Origin: Gammaproteobacteria bacterium
GTDB lineage: Bacteria > Pseudomonadota > Gammaproteobacteria > Pseudomonadales > Halieaceae
Length of the DNA: 64,000 nt
Assembly (NCBI GenBank): GCA_024644535.1
Contig: JAHEKX010000004.1
Location: 41,259 to 105,258 of the forward strand
Direction of reading: 5' to 3'
In this document: one piece after another, positions 1-7,788 of the stretch
How positions within the stretch are numbered: the stretch's first letter is position 1
How the letters are laid out: each line of letters begins with the position of its first letter
The notes under the pieces: model-generated
What the model was told of the DNA's origin: nothing
The model's input: the letters and a program-made list of their open reading frames with translations, nothing else
Databases searched by the model: none
Position numbers and translations under genes: made by a program

Positions 1-703
1 AGGCAGCACCCGAAATATAAGACGCCTGCTCTGAAGCCAGGAACAACACGGCTTTTGCCACGTCCTCAGGTTCGGCCATACGTTTTAAGGGCAACATGTT
101 CGCCACACGGTCAAAGCCCGCTTGACCACCGTAATGTTCCACTGCCGCCTCGGTGCGAACCAATCCCACCACAATAGCATTAACCCGAATTTTAGGGCCC
201 CACTCCATCGCCAGAGATCGCGTCGCACTTAATAAGCCCGCTTTAGCTGCGCCATAAACCGTGGTGTAAGGAGATGGCCGCACTCCGCTTACGCTAGCGA
301 TATTCACAATGCTGCAACCCTCCCGATGCGACATCACACCATGTACCTGCTGCGAAAAGGTTAAAGGCGCTGTTAAGTTCAAAGCCAACAACTTATCGGT
401 TAAACGCGGGCTTGCTGTGGCGAATTCCACCTCTGGGCTACCACCGGCATTGTTCACCAGCACATCTACCCCACCGTACTCGGCAACAGCAGCCTCAATG
501 ACCGCCTGCGACTGCTCTGGGTCGCGAATATCGGCCGACACGAACATCGCTACGCGCCCCGACGCAGTAATTTCCTGCTCTGGCACGCGTCTACCACAAG
601 CCACCACATTGGCACCTTCATTTAAAAAGGCTTCGCAAATGGCGCGGCCGATATATCCGGCTCCGCCGGTCACAATGACTGTTTTGTTGGCAAACTGGCT
701 CAT
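1..703 (-). CDS. SDR-family oxidoreductase, partial (C-terminus runs off the left window edge)
   Basis: My own translation of the minus strand from ATG at 703 gives MSQFANKTVIVTGGAGYIGRAI...LVNNAGG...YGAAKAG... It has the TGxxxGxG Rossmann motif, NNAG and YxxxK. The frame is open to position 1. It is absent from the ORF track because it has no stop in the window. Confidence 0.8.
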   Translation of the reverse strand, partial: MSQFANKTVIVTGGAGYIGRAICEAFLNEGANVVACGRRVPEQEITASGRVAMFVSADIRDPEQSQAVIEAAVAEYGGVDVLVNNAGGSPEVEFATASPRLTDKLLALNLTAPLTFSQQVHGVMSHREGCSIVNIASVSGVRPSPYTTVYGAAKAGLLSATRSLAMEWGPKIRVNAIVVGLVRTEAAVEHYGGQAGFDRVANMLPLKRMAEPEDVAKAVLFLASEQASYISGAA

Positions 704-708
704 ACGAC

Positions 709-1461
709 TCACAAATAAGGAGGATGGATTGTCGAGGTATTGTCTACACTCAGTGCAATACCGTTTACGTGGCGCGAATCATCTGACGCCAGAAAGAAGA
801 TCACGTTCGCGATATCCTCTGGCTGACACATGAATGGCGCAGAATTCTTATACTGCTCGGGGTCGTGGCTTTTGGTTTGCCCAGAGATCTCCCGAACCAT
901 GTCCGTGTTAATGCCATCGGGGTGAATTGAATTACAGCGCACTTTATTGGCACGTTGCTTACACAGCACCGCGGTGCTCATGGTTAAGCCACGCACGGCC
1001 GACTTAGAGGCGGTGTAAGCACAAAAATCGGGCACGCCCATCAAGGCAGATGAAGAGCTCATATTGATAATCGAGCCTCCACCTGCTTTCTCTAGAAGTG
1101 GCAGCATATACTTAATCGCTAAAAACACACCATCGCTGTTAACTGACATTAACCGTCGCCAGCCTTCTAGTGACTCCATGTCGATATTTCCGTACTGCAA
1201 AATCGCGGCGTTATTCACCAAGACATTGAGCTCGGCGCCATCTGCTTCAAGCAGCGCCACAACCTTTTGCCAATCGGCCTCTTCAGCAACATTCTGTTGA
1301 ACAAACGTCGCGCCAATCTCAGCCGCCGTTGCCTCACCACGATCAGCAACCACATCGGTAATGTAGACCTTAGCGCCCTCCGCAATAAAGCGCTCGGCTG
1401 CAGCACGACCTACGCCGCGTGAGCCGCCTGTTATCAAGGCTGTTTTATTCTGTAATCTCAT
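709..1461 (-). CDS. SDR-family oxidoreductase
   Basis: ORF track 250 aa. Motifs: TGGSRGVG (TGxxxGxG), LVNNAA, YTASK (YxxxK). Its stop lies 5 nt before the start of the downstream partial SDR, so the two are probably co-transcribed. Confidence 0.9.
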   Translation of the reverse strand: MRLQNKTALITGGSRGVGRAAAERFIAEGAKVYITDVVADRGEATAAEIGATFVQQNVAEEADWQKVVALLEADGAELNVLVNNAAILQYGNIDMESLEGWRRLMSVNSDGVFLAIKYMLPLLEKAGGGSIINMSSSSALMGVPDFCAYTASKSAVRGLTMSTAVLCKQRANKVRCNSIHPDGINTDMVREISGQTKSHDPEQYKNSAPFMCQPEDIANVIFFLASDDSRHVNGIALSVDNTSTIHPPYL

Positions 1462-1597
1462 GCTGACCCCTCCGTTATTGATGATTGTATTCTAACGGCA
1501 AACTTTATGTTTTAGCTTAAGTCAGATGGACTACACTTTGGCGAGATTGGCAACAGGGCTTCGTGCTAGAGTGCCAGCAACCATATGGAGTCCAAAC

Positions 1598-2056
1598 ATG
1601 AGCACGTATATCGTTGAATCACCCACCGAACTACTGAGCCTCGTCGGCACGACACTCGGCCCAAGCGAACCCCTAGTTATTGAACAAGAGCGCATCAATC
1701 AGTTCGCAGACGCGACCGGTGACCACCAGTGGATTCACGTGGACCCCGAGAAAGCCAAAGACGGCCCCTTCGGCAGCACTATTGCTCACGGCTACCTAAC
1801 CCTGTCGCTCGCCAACTGGTTCCTGCCCCAGCTACTGCAGGTTAATAACGTATCGATGGGCGTAAACTACGGTGCAGAAAGTATCCGTTTTCCATCGACC
1901 GTACCTGTTAACAGCACCGTCCGCGCTGCCGGAGAAATCACTTCCGCTGAAGAGGCGAAAGGCGGCGTAAAAGTTGTTGTGCGTATTACCATTACGGTCG
2001 AGGGCGCTGAGCGCCCAGCGTGTATCGTCGACACAATCAGTATTTTTTATCCTTAG
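1598..2056 (+). CDS. MaoC-like (R)-specific enoyl-CoA hydratase / hot-dog fold dehydratase
   Basis: ORF track 176 aa, trimmed to ATG 1598, which has GGAG 7 nt upstream. Contains the MaoC-type segment HVDPEKAKDGPFGSTIAHG. Confidence 0.8.
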   Translation: MSTYIVESPTELLSLVGTTLGPSEPLVIEQERINQFADATGDHQWIHVDPEKAKDGPFGSTIAHGYLTLSLANWFLPQLLQVNNVSMGVNYGAESIRFPSTVPVNSTVRAAGEITSAEEAKGGVKVVVRITITVEGAERPACIVDTISIFYP

Positions 2057-2098
2057 CGCGCCTCTTTATATCATTCGGATCGAGGTGTGTTTAGATTC

Positions 2099-2426
2099 GC
2101 GGCCGCCTCGTCATTTATTTTGCTCGCGCCCTCGCGCTAACTTCATTCCAAGATCCAACAACTCAATACTTAAAGATTAGGTGCCACGCGCATTCGAAAA
2201 CAGACGATACTGAGCCAAGCGGCTGCAGCCTGTTTCGCGCGGAGCGTCACGCGACAGGACGTCGCGTGCGCAGCGAGCCACGGACGGCCTTGAAGCGGTC
2301 CGCAAGAAATTGGCTGAGACGTGAAGGCGGATCGCTTAACCTGAAAATCTGAAAAGCTACTCATCCACGCTCGGTCAAAGCAGCGCACTAGGTGTTCACA
2401 AAACAAATGACGAGCCTGTGCGCTAG
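2099..2426 (+). repeat. Composite intergenic repeat, locus A (modules X-W-V-Z-Y)
   Basis: Modules: X 2106-2122 cctcgtcatttattttg; W 2141-2175; Z core 2213-2339; Y 2368-2426. Z recurs at 7642-7767 and 15851-15975. X, W and Y recur at locus C. It fills the gap between the convergent MaoC-like and amidohydrolase genes. Confidence 0.85.
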
Positions 2427-2446
2427 CATCGGCCTTGGGGGCTAGC

Positions 2447-3319
2447 TCAATCGAGCTTAAACACCGTGCGCGCATTCTCACGCAAGAACTTCGGCCACAC
2501 CTCGTCGCGGAACGGTACGTTTGGCATGTCGCCAAAAATACGCTCAAGCGACAAGCCCATTGGGAAATACCCGGCATACATCACTTTATCGGCGCCACGC
2601 GTGTTCGCGTAATGAATGATGTCTTTGGGATAGTGCTTGGGCGCAAACGCGCTGGTCATGTAGTACAGGTTAGGGTACTTCAGCATCAGCTTCCAAGCCA
2701 AGTCAGTCCATGGCTCGCCACCGTGACGCATAACCACTTTTAGCTCTGGGAAGAACCAGCAGATTTCATCTAAATGCTCGACTTTTTGTGGCTCCATGGG
2801 AATGCGTGGACCCGGTACGCCAACACAGGTGCAGAACGGAATGTCTAGGTCTACACAGGCGACAAAAATGGGGTACCACTTTTTATCAGACAGCGAGACC
2901 TGTGGGCATAAACCCGAAGGGAAAGCCGTGACAGCTTTCAGGTCGTACTTTTCTTTTAAGCGACGAATTTTACGAACCTCTTCCATGCCCTTGTTGGGGT
3001 TGCATTCGTAGCTGGCAATAAAACGATCGGGATGCTCAAGCACTGCTTTGTTCTGCAGTGTGTACTGGTCTTCATCCACACCGATCATTGCTTTCTCGAT
3101 GCCGAACTCATCCATTTTTTGAATTGTATAGGCGATGTAATCGTCCTGAACACCGGTTCTGGGAATATCTTTGAACATGTATTGCGCCGGCATTTTGAAC
3201 ATCTCACGACTTTGTTCATCCATCAACAAAGGCTTGATGAAGTCGTAATAATCCGATGTATCGTTATTCGGGATCGCCATCATCAAATCGATGATCCCAA
3301 TGTTTTCTGGCATTGCCAT
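2447..3319 (-). CDS. Amidohydrolase-2 family (metal-dependent TIM-barrel hydrolase/decarboxylase-like) protein
   Basis: ORF track 304 aa, trimmed to ATG 3319 (MAMPENIGIIDLM...), which has AAGGAG 6 nt upstream. This is the last gene of a tight 4-gene minus-strand operon. The family call is by resemblance only. Confidence 0.7.
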   Translation of the reverse strand: MAMPENIGIIDLMMAIPNNDTSDYYDFIKPLLMDEQSREMFKMPAQYMFKDIPRTGVQDDYIAYTIQKMDEFGIEKAMIGVDEDQYTLQNKAVLEHPDRFIASYECNPNKGMEEVRKIRRLKEKYDLKAVTAFPSGLCPQVSLSDKKWYPIFVACVDLDIPFCTCVGVPGPRIPMEPQKVEHLDEICWFFPELKVVMRHGGEPWTDLAWKLMLKYPNLYYMTSAFAPKHYPKDIIHYANTRGADKVMYAGYFPMGLSLERIFGDMPNVPFRDEVWPKFLRENARTVFKLD

Positions 3320-3353
3320 GCTTAATCTCCTTACTTGAATTTGATGTCGGCCG

Positions 3354-4427
3354 TTACGCACTCATTGGTGAATAATCGGTATAGCCTTCGGCCTCGCCGC
3401 CGTAAAGTGTTTTCATATCGATTCTGGCGAGATCGGCGCCGGCCAAGAAACGCGCGGGCAAATCCGGATTCGCAATAAATGGTCGGCCAAACGATACCGC
3501 ATCCACAGAACCATCGGCTATGGTTTGGTTCGCCTCTTGGGCTTTATAACTGTCGTTGGCAATTACCGCGCCCTCGTAATGCTCGCGTGCCAATGCCAAT
3601 GAATCGAGGCCGGTAGCATTCATGCGAATGACGTGCAGGTAAGCAAGCTTATAGTGGTTTAAGCCTTGCATTAAGGCCGAAAATGTCTCTTTTGGGTTGT
3701 CGTCATGCAAATCATTAAATGGATTTGCGGGGCAAATGCGCAAACCGACTCGGTCACTGCCTACCGCCAAGCAAAGCGCACCCACCGTTTCCAAAACAAA
3801 ACGAAGCCGATTCGCTAAACTACCACCGTAATTGTCGTCGCGCTGATTGGTACCGGTCGACAAAAACTGAGCCGGCAAATAGCCCGAAGTACAGTGCAGC
3901 TCGACACCTGCAAAGCCGGCTTGAATCGCTAATAGCGCCGAATTCACGTACTGGGCTTGCACTTCTTTAATTTCGTCAAGCGTCATGGCTTCAGGCTCTG
4001 GCATGCTCTGCATGCCATTGGGCGTGAAAATCTGCTCCTTGCAGGCAATGGCCGAAGGGGCTAAAAATCGAGCCCCTGGCGCTTTGTTATCAGCATGCCC
4101 AACGCGGCCGCAGTGCATTAGCTGAGCGACCATTTGTCCACCTTCGGCTTTCACCGCTGCCGTTACTTTTGACCATGCCTCGGCGTGCTCTGGCAGGAAC
4201 AACCCTGGCGTACGGTTATAGCCTTTGCCAGCGGCCGAAGGGTGAACGCCCTCGCTAATGATAAGTCCAGCGGAAGCGCGTTGCCGATAGTAATTAACAT
4301 GCAGATCCGTCACCAAATCGTCGTCAGTGGCGCGACTGCGTGTCATGGGCGCCATAATAATTCGGTTCGGTAGCTCAATAGCTCCTAGCTTAAGCGGCGA
4401 AAATAACGCATCTAAATTCATAGTCAT
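3354..4427 (-). CDS. NADH:flavin oxidoreductase, Old Yellow Enzyme family (alkene/enone reductase-like)
   Basis: ORF track 357 aa. OYE hallmarks are present: IMAPMTRSRA near the N-terminus and HCTSGYLPAQFLS. It starts 2 nt after the stop of the upstream gene. Confidence 0.9.
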   Translation of the reverse strand: MTMNLDALFSPLKLGAIELPNRIIMAPMTRSRATDDDLVTDLHVNYYRQRASAGLIISEGVHPSAAGKGYNRTPGLFLPEHAEAWSKVTAAVKAEGGQMVAQLMHCGRVGHADNKAPGARFLAPSAIACKEQIFTPNGMQSMPEPEAMTLDEIKEVQAQYVNSALLAIQAGFAGVELHCTSGYLPAQFLSTGTNQRDDNYGGSLANRLRFVLETVGALCLAVGSDRVGLRICPANPFNDLHDDNPKETFSALMQGLNHYKLAYLHVIRMNATGLDSLALAREHYEGAVIANDSYKAQEANQTIADGSVDAVSFGRPFIANPDLPARFLAGADLARIDMKTLYGGEAEGYTDYSPMSA

Positions 4428-4429
4428 CC

Positions 4430-5071
4430 TTAACGGGTTCGGATTTTGGGGTTGTCCTGCTGACCCCGCATCGTTTTCAAAAACTGCTCGTAAGGTGCAG
4501 GTGCAGCAACTGCGGGCAGTTCGTCTGAAGGCTCTTTATCCCAAAAAGACTTCCAGGTTGGAAACAAGTCGTGGTAAGCACCCTGGTAGGGGTCGCGATC
4601 GGGCCAGCGCATTTTGTTATCGCCGACAGGAGGTTTGTTCAAGTCTACCGCGTACCAGTAGCAGGGCAGGCGACGTGCGAAGTACCAGCGCCCGTCAATA
4701 CGCTCGTAATGATCCCAGTATATCATTTGCATGATGACCCACTCGATGTCTCCATTCTCTGTGGGTGTTTCGTGCTCGTTTTTAGAATACACAACACCCA
4801 CGGCATGGTCGGGGTCTTCGAACTCGATAATGTGATTACCAATATGGTGCGAGGTACCGGTGAACTGCTCACGCAGGGTTTGGTCCATCCATTGTTTGAA
4901 ATACGCGCGACCGACTTTGTCTTTGCCGACCCGCACGTTTTCAGGGAATAAATTCACCATGGCATCAAGGTCTCGCATGTCCAACGATAGCGAATACTTT
5001 GCTGCCAACTGACGAATCTCATCTAGAGACTCTAATCGGTCAAGTCGTCGTAAAATTTCTGCATCTGACAT
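4430..5071 (-). CDS. SnoaL-like / NTF2-fold protein
   Basis: ORF track 264 aa overlaps the upstream gene by 143 nt. Trimmed to ATG 5071 (MSDAEILRRLDRLESLDEIRQLAAKYS...), 10 nt after the upstream stop at 5082. The N-terminal helix and W/Y-rich core are typical of SnoaL_4/NTF2-like proteins. Confidence 0.65.
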   Translation of the reverse strand: MSDAEILRRLDRLESLDEIRQLAAKYSLSLDMRDLDAMVNLFPENVRVGKDKVGRAYFKQWMDQTLREQFTGTSHHIGNHIIEFEDPDHAVGVVYSKNEHETPTENGDIEWVIMQMIYWDHYERIDGRWYFARRLPCYWYAVDLNKPPVGDNKMRWPDRDPYQGAYHDLFPTWKSFWDKEPSDELPAVAAPAPYEQFLKTMRGQQDNPKIRTR

Positions 5072-5081
5072 TGAATAACCC

Positions 5082-6551
5082 TTAAGACTTAGCAATATGA
5101 AGGCCGGCAACGCGACCACTGAAAGAGGCATCGCCCACCGAGCTACCCGATGCATAACCATCGCCTCGGCGCGGCACGCCGCAAGCTGTGCGACCGGCTG
5201 CGTACAGACCGGGGATGATATCACCGCCAGCGGTCAGCACCTGGCCATCGACCGTTGTATCAAGCCCACCTAGCGTGAAGTATGGGTAAAAGGTGCCGTT
5301 CCCTGGCGTGCAGTCCAGCGCAACATAGGGCGCCGAAATAGGCTTAAGCCAGGCTGCATCTTTGTGAAACAGCGGATCTTGCCCTTCTTTTGCAAACCGA
5401 TTGTAAGTCTCGATACATGCCTGTAATTGCCCATCAGGTAAGCTTAACTCTTGCGCCAACTCCTCTAGGGTCTCGCCCGTACCACCGATTGGAGCCCCTA
5501 AGTACGACTGAGTTTCGTAGCCGTCGTAGTCGTCTACGTTCATCACGAAATACACCGGACCACCCACCTGGCGTAAGCAGGCAGCGCCTACTCGGCCGTG
5601 ATAGGCGTCTTCGTTAATAAACCGCTGCCCCTGAGCATTGACTAATATGCCATAGGTCAGTGTTGCTGGCGGGTAATAGGGCAGGCTTACAAAACCCTCA
5701 TGCATATTAATCACAGCACCGCCCACACTCATCCCCATTTGAATACCCGAGCCGGTATCGTTGGGGTTACCAATCGGCATACTCGCTTTCATGAGTTCAG
5801 GCGCATATTGCTTAACCATGTCTTCGTTCATGACAAAGCCACCGCAGCACAACATGACACCTTTTTTAGCCTCGACAAACTTTTCTTGCATGTCTTGGCG
5901 GATTACAGCGCCACAAACACGAGTAACACCGTCTTCAGTACTGACAATCAGCTTAAGAACGCGTGTTTCAAAACGCTGCTCAATGCCGCGCTTGGCCACC
6001 GCTTCCGCCATAATCTTCATAAAAAGCGGTCCGCCATTGTCGCCCTCTACGCATAGGTTATGACCACGCGGCGCTGGTGGAACTTGATCGCGATACGGCC
6101 AGGCCTTTTCGCTGCCCGTAAATAACAGACAGTCGTCCGTTAACGCCATCATCGCACGGCCCGGATACTCGGAGTCTTTAAACGGAACACCCTGCTCGAC
6201 CAGCCAATCAAAGTGCGCCACACTTTCGTCGCAGTAACGCCGCGTTTTTTCTGCACTGGCTTGTGGCCCGTTGGACATCATCAGGTAGTCATACATCGCG
6301 TCGGCAGTGTCTTCATAACACACGGCCTTTTGTACACGCGTGCCACCACCTAAATACAATTCAGCAGAAGATAATGCCGTAGAGCCCCCTGCATCTGAGG
6401 CCGCTTCCACAATCATGACTTTAGCGCCATTATCGTGCGCAGCAATGGCCGAGCAAGCGCCGGCAGCACCAAAACCCACCACCAGCACATCCACCTGAGC
6501 ATCCCAGCGCTCAACGGCACTTTTTAGTATTGGACTAAACTTACTGCTCAC
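5082..6551 (-). CDS. FAD-dependent oxidoreductase, 3-ketosteroid-delta1-dehydrogenase / fumarate-reductase flavoprotein-like (FAD_binding_2)
   Basis: ORF track 489 aa. Has the dinucleotide-binding motif DVLVVGFGAAGACSAIAA and a C-terminal GLYAAG segment typical of this flavoprotein family. GTG start at 6551 with AGGGAAG upstream. Confidence 0.8.
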   Translation of the reverse strand: MSSKFSPILKSAVERWDAQVDVLVVGFGAAGACSAIAAHDNGAKVMIVEAASDAGGSTALSSAELYLGGGTRVQKAVCYEDTADAMYDYLMMSNGPQASAEKTRRYCDESVAHFDWLVEQGVPFKDSEYPGRAMMALTDDCLLFTGSEKAWPYRDQVPPAPRGHNLCVEGDNGGPLFMKIMAEAVAKRGIEQRFETRVLKLIVSTEDGVTRVCGAVIRQDMQEKFVEAKKGVMLCCGGFVMNEDMVKQYAPELMKASMPIGNPNDTGSGIQMGMSVGGAVINMHEGFVSLPYYPPATLTYGILVNAQGQRFINEDAYHGRVGAACLRQVGGPVYFVMNVDDYDGYETQSYLGAPIGGTGETLEELAQELSLPDGQLQACIETYNRFAKEGQDPLFHKDAAWLKPISAPYVALDCTPGNGTFYPYFTLGGLDTTVDGQVLTAGGDIIPGLYAAGRTACGVPRRGDGYASGSSVGDASFSGRVAGLHIAKS

Positions 6552-6735
6552 AATGTGATCTTCCCTAATTTTGTTTTCATTTTATGCCTCAACCTTATAA
6601 GTTTTACCCCCCACACACAGCCCCCATTTGGACGATAGCTATCACACGCCAGCCAACCATAGTCCGAATGTGTGTTAACTCAAGACATCATTGTGCGGTA
6701 GCCTATGCGCTAAGAATTACAACAACGATGGTGAC

Positions 6736-7545
6736 ATGGCTATGCAGTGGTATACCGGCAACACATTCTACGACACCCTCTTAATCGTGGGTTTTTTGTA
6801 CGCGCTTATGATCTTTGTAAGCAGTCTGTATGGGACTGCTGCGTACGGCGGTCGCTTTGGCGGCGGTGGCGCTAAATCCAAAGGCATCAAATTAGGATCA
6901 AAGCCAGGCTGGATCCTAATGGAACTACCCGGCCTGATCGTATTCCCCATCGTTTTCTTTATGGGACAAAATTCCGATCAAATCGTGCCGCTCGTCTTCT
7001 TAGCGATTTGGATGTTTCACTACACTAACCGTGCTTTGGTGACCCCTCTACTGATGCGCACAGCGCCAGGCGCCAGCCAAACCTTTGCATTCAACGTTGT
7101 GGTTGCCGGCTGGATAACGCTGTTTATGCACGGCTATTTCAATGCCGAATACATTGCCAATATCGGCACTCAGTACACCGTGGAATGGTTCAGCGACCCT
7201 CGCTTCATCATCGGCGTCGCGATTTATGCGTTTGGCTTTACCCTGAACGTTTACTCCGACACGATCTTGCGCAATCTGCGCTCGAAGAAGCCAGATCCCA
7301 GCCAGCCTCGCTACAAAATCCCCTACGGCGGCTTCTTTAAATGGGTCAGCTGCCCACAGTACCTTGGCGAAATCCTGTCCTTCACGGGCTTTGCCATCAT
7401 GACCTGGAACTTGGGCGCGGTGTTTGTATTGGCGATTACCGTCGGCAACTTGGCGCCACGCGCTATGGTGACTCACAAGTGGTTCTTGAAAAACTTCGAC
7501 GATTACCCCAAAGAGCGTAAGGCGCTGATTCCCTACATTTGGTAA
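6736..7545 (+). CDS. 3-oxo-5-alpha-steroid 4-dehydrogenase (steroid 5-alpha-reductase, SRD5A) family membrane protein
   Basis: ORF track 284 aa, trimmed to ATG 6736. It is a multi-pass hydrophobic protein. The C-terminal segment LRNLRSKKP...YKIPYGGFFKWVSCPQYLGEILSFTGFAI...HKWFLKNFDDYPKERKALIPYIW closely parallels the conserved SRD5A C-terminus. Confidence 0.85.
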   Translation: MAMQWYTGNTFYDTLLIVGFLYALMIFVSSLYGTAAYGGRFGGGGAKSKGIKLGSKPGWILMELPGLIVFPIVFFMGQNSDQIVPLVFLAIWMFHYTNRALVTPLLMRTAPGASQTFAFNVVVAGWITLFMHGYFNAEYIANIGTQYTVEWFSDPRFIIGVAIYAFGFTLNVYSDTILRNLRSKKPDPSQPRYKIPYGGFFKWVSCPQYLGEILSFTGFAIMTWNLGAVFVLAITVGNLAPRAMVTHKWFLKNFDDYPKERKALIPYIW

Positions 7546-7566
7546 TTGAGTTTAGCCGATTGTGTT

Positions 7567-7592
7567 AAGGCCGCTTTCTAGCGGCCTTTTTA
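7567..7592 (+). terminator. Rho-independent terminator downstream of the SRD5A-like gene
   Basis: Hairpin aaggccgc-tttcta-gcggcctt followed by ttta, 22 nt after the stop at 7545. Confidence 0.6.
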
Positions 7593-7617
7593 TGCCTGAG
7601 TGAAGAGCGCGACCGCT

Positions 7618-7767
7618 TAATCTTTTAAGAACGCGAAACATAGCCGAGCGGCTGCAGCCTGTTTCGCGCGGAGCGTCACGCGACAGGACGTCGCGTGCGC
7701 AGCGTGCCATGGATGGCCTTGAAGCGTTCCGCAAGAAATTGGCTGAGACGTGAAGGCGGATCGTTAA
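7618..7767 (+). repeat. Intergenic repeat, locus B (short form: W tail plus Z core)
   Basis: Z core 7642-7767 differs at about 6-7 positions in ~126 nt from the copies at 2213-2339 and 15851-15975 (manual alignment). Confidence 0.85.
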
Positions 7768-7788
7768 CTCTTTGACCTGTAGAGACTA

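Noticed and set aside
2170-2577. ORF-track ORFs running through the repeat loci: 2170-2577 minus, 7552-7734 minus and 15704-16228 minus. They share peptide strings such as CARDVLSRDAPRETGCSRSA and PAHRLVICFANT.
   Set aside because: The shared peptides simply reflect repeated DNA. The frame that is open through module Y at locus C contains a TAG in the locus A copy. The locus A ORF reads the same DNA in a different frame. There is no SD or start conservation. I treat them as non-coding repeats.
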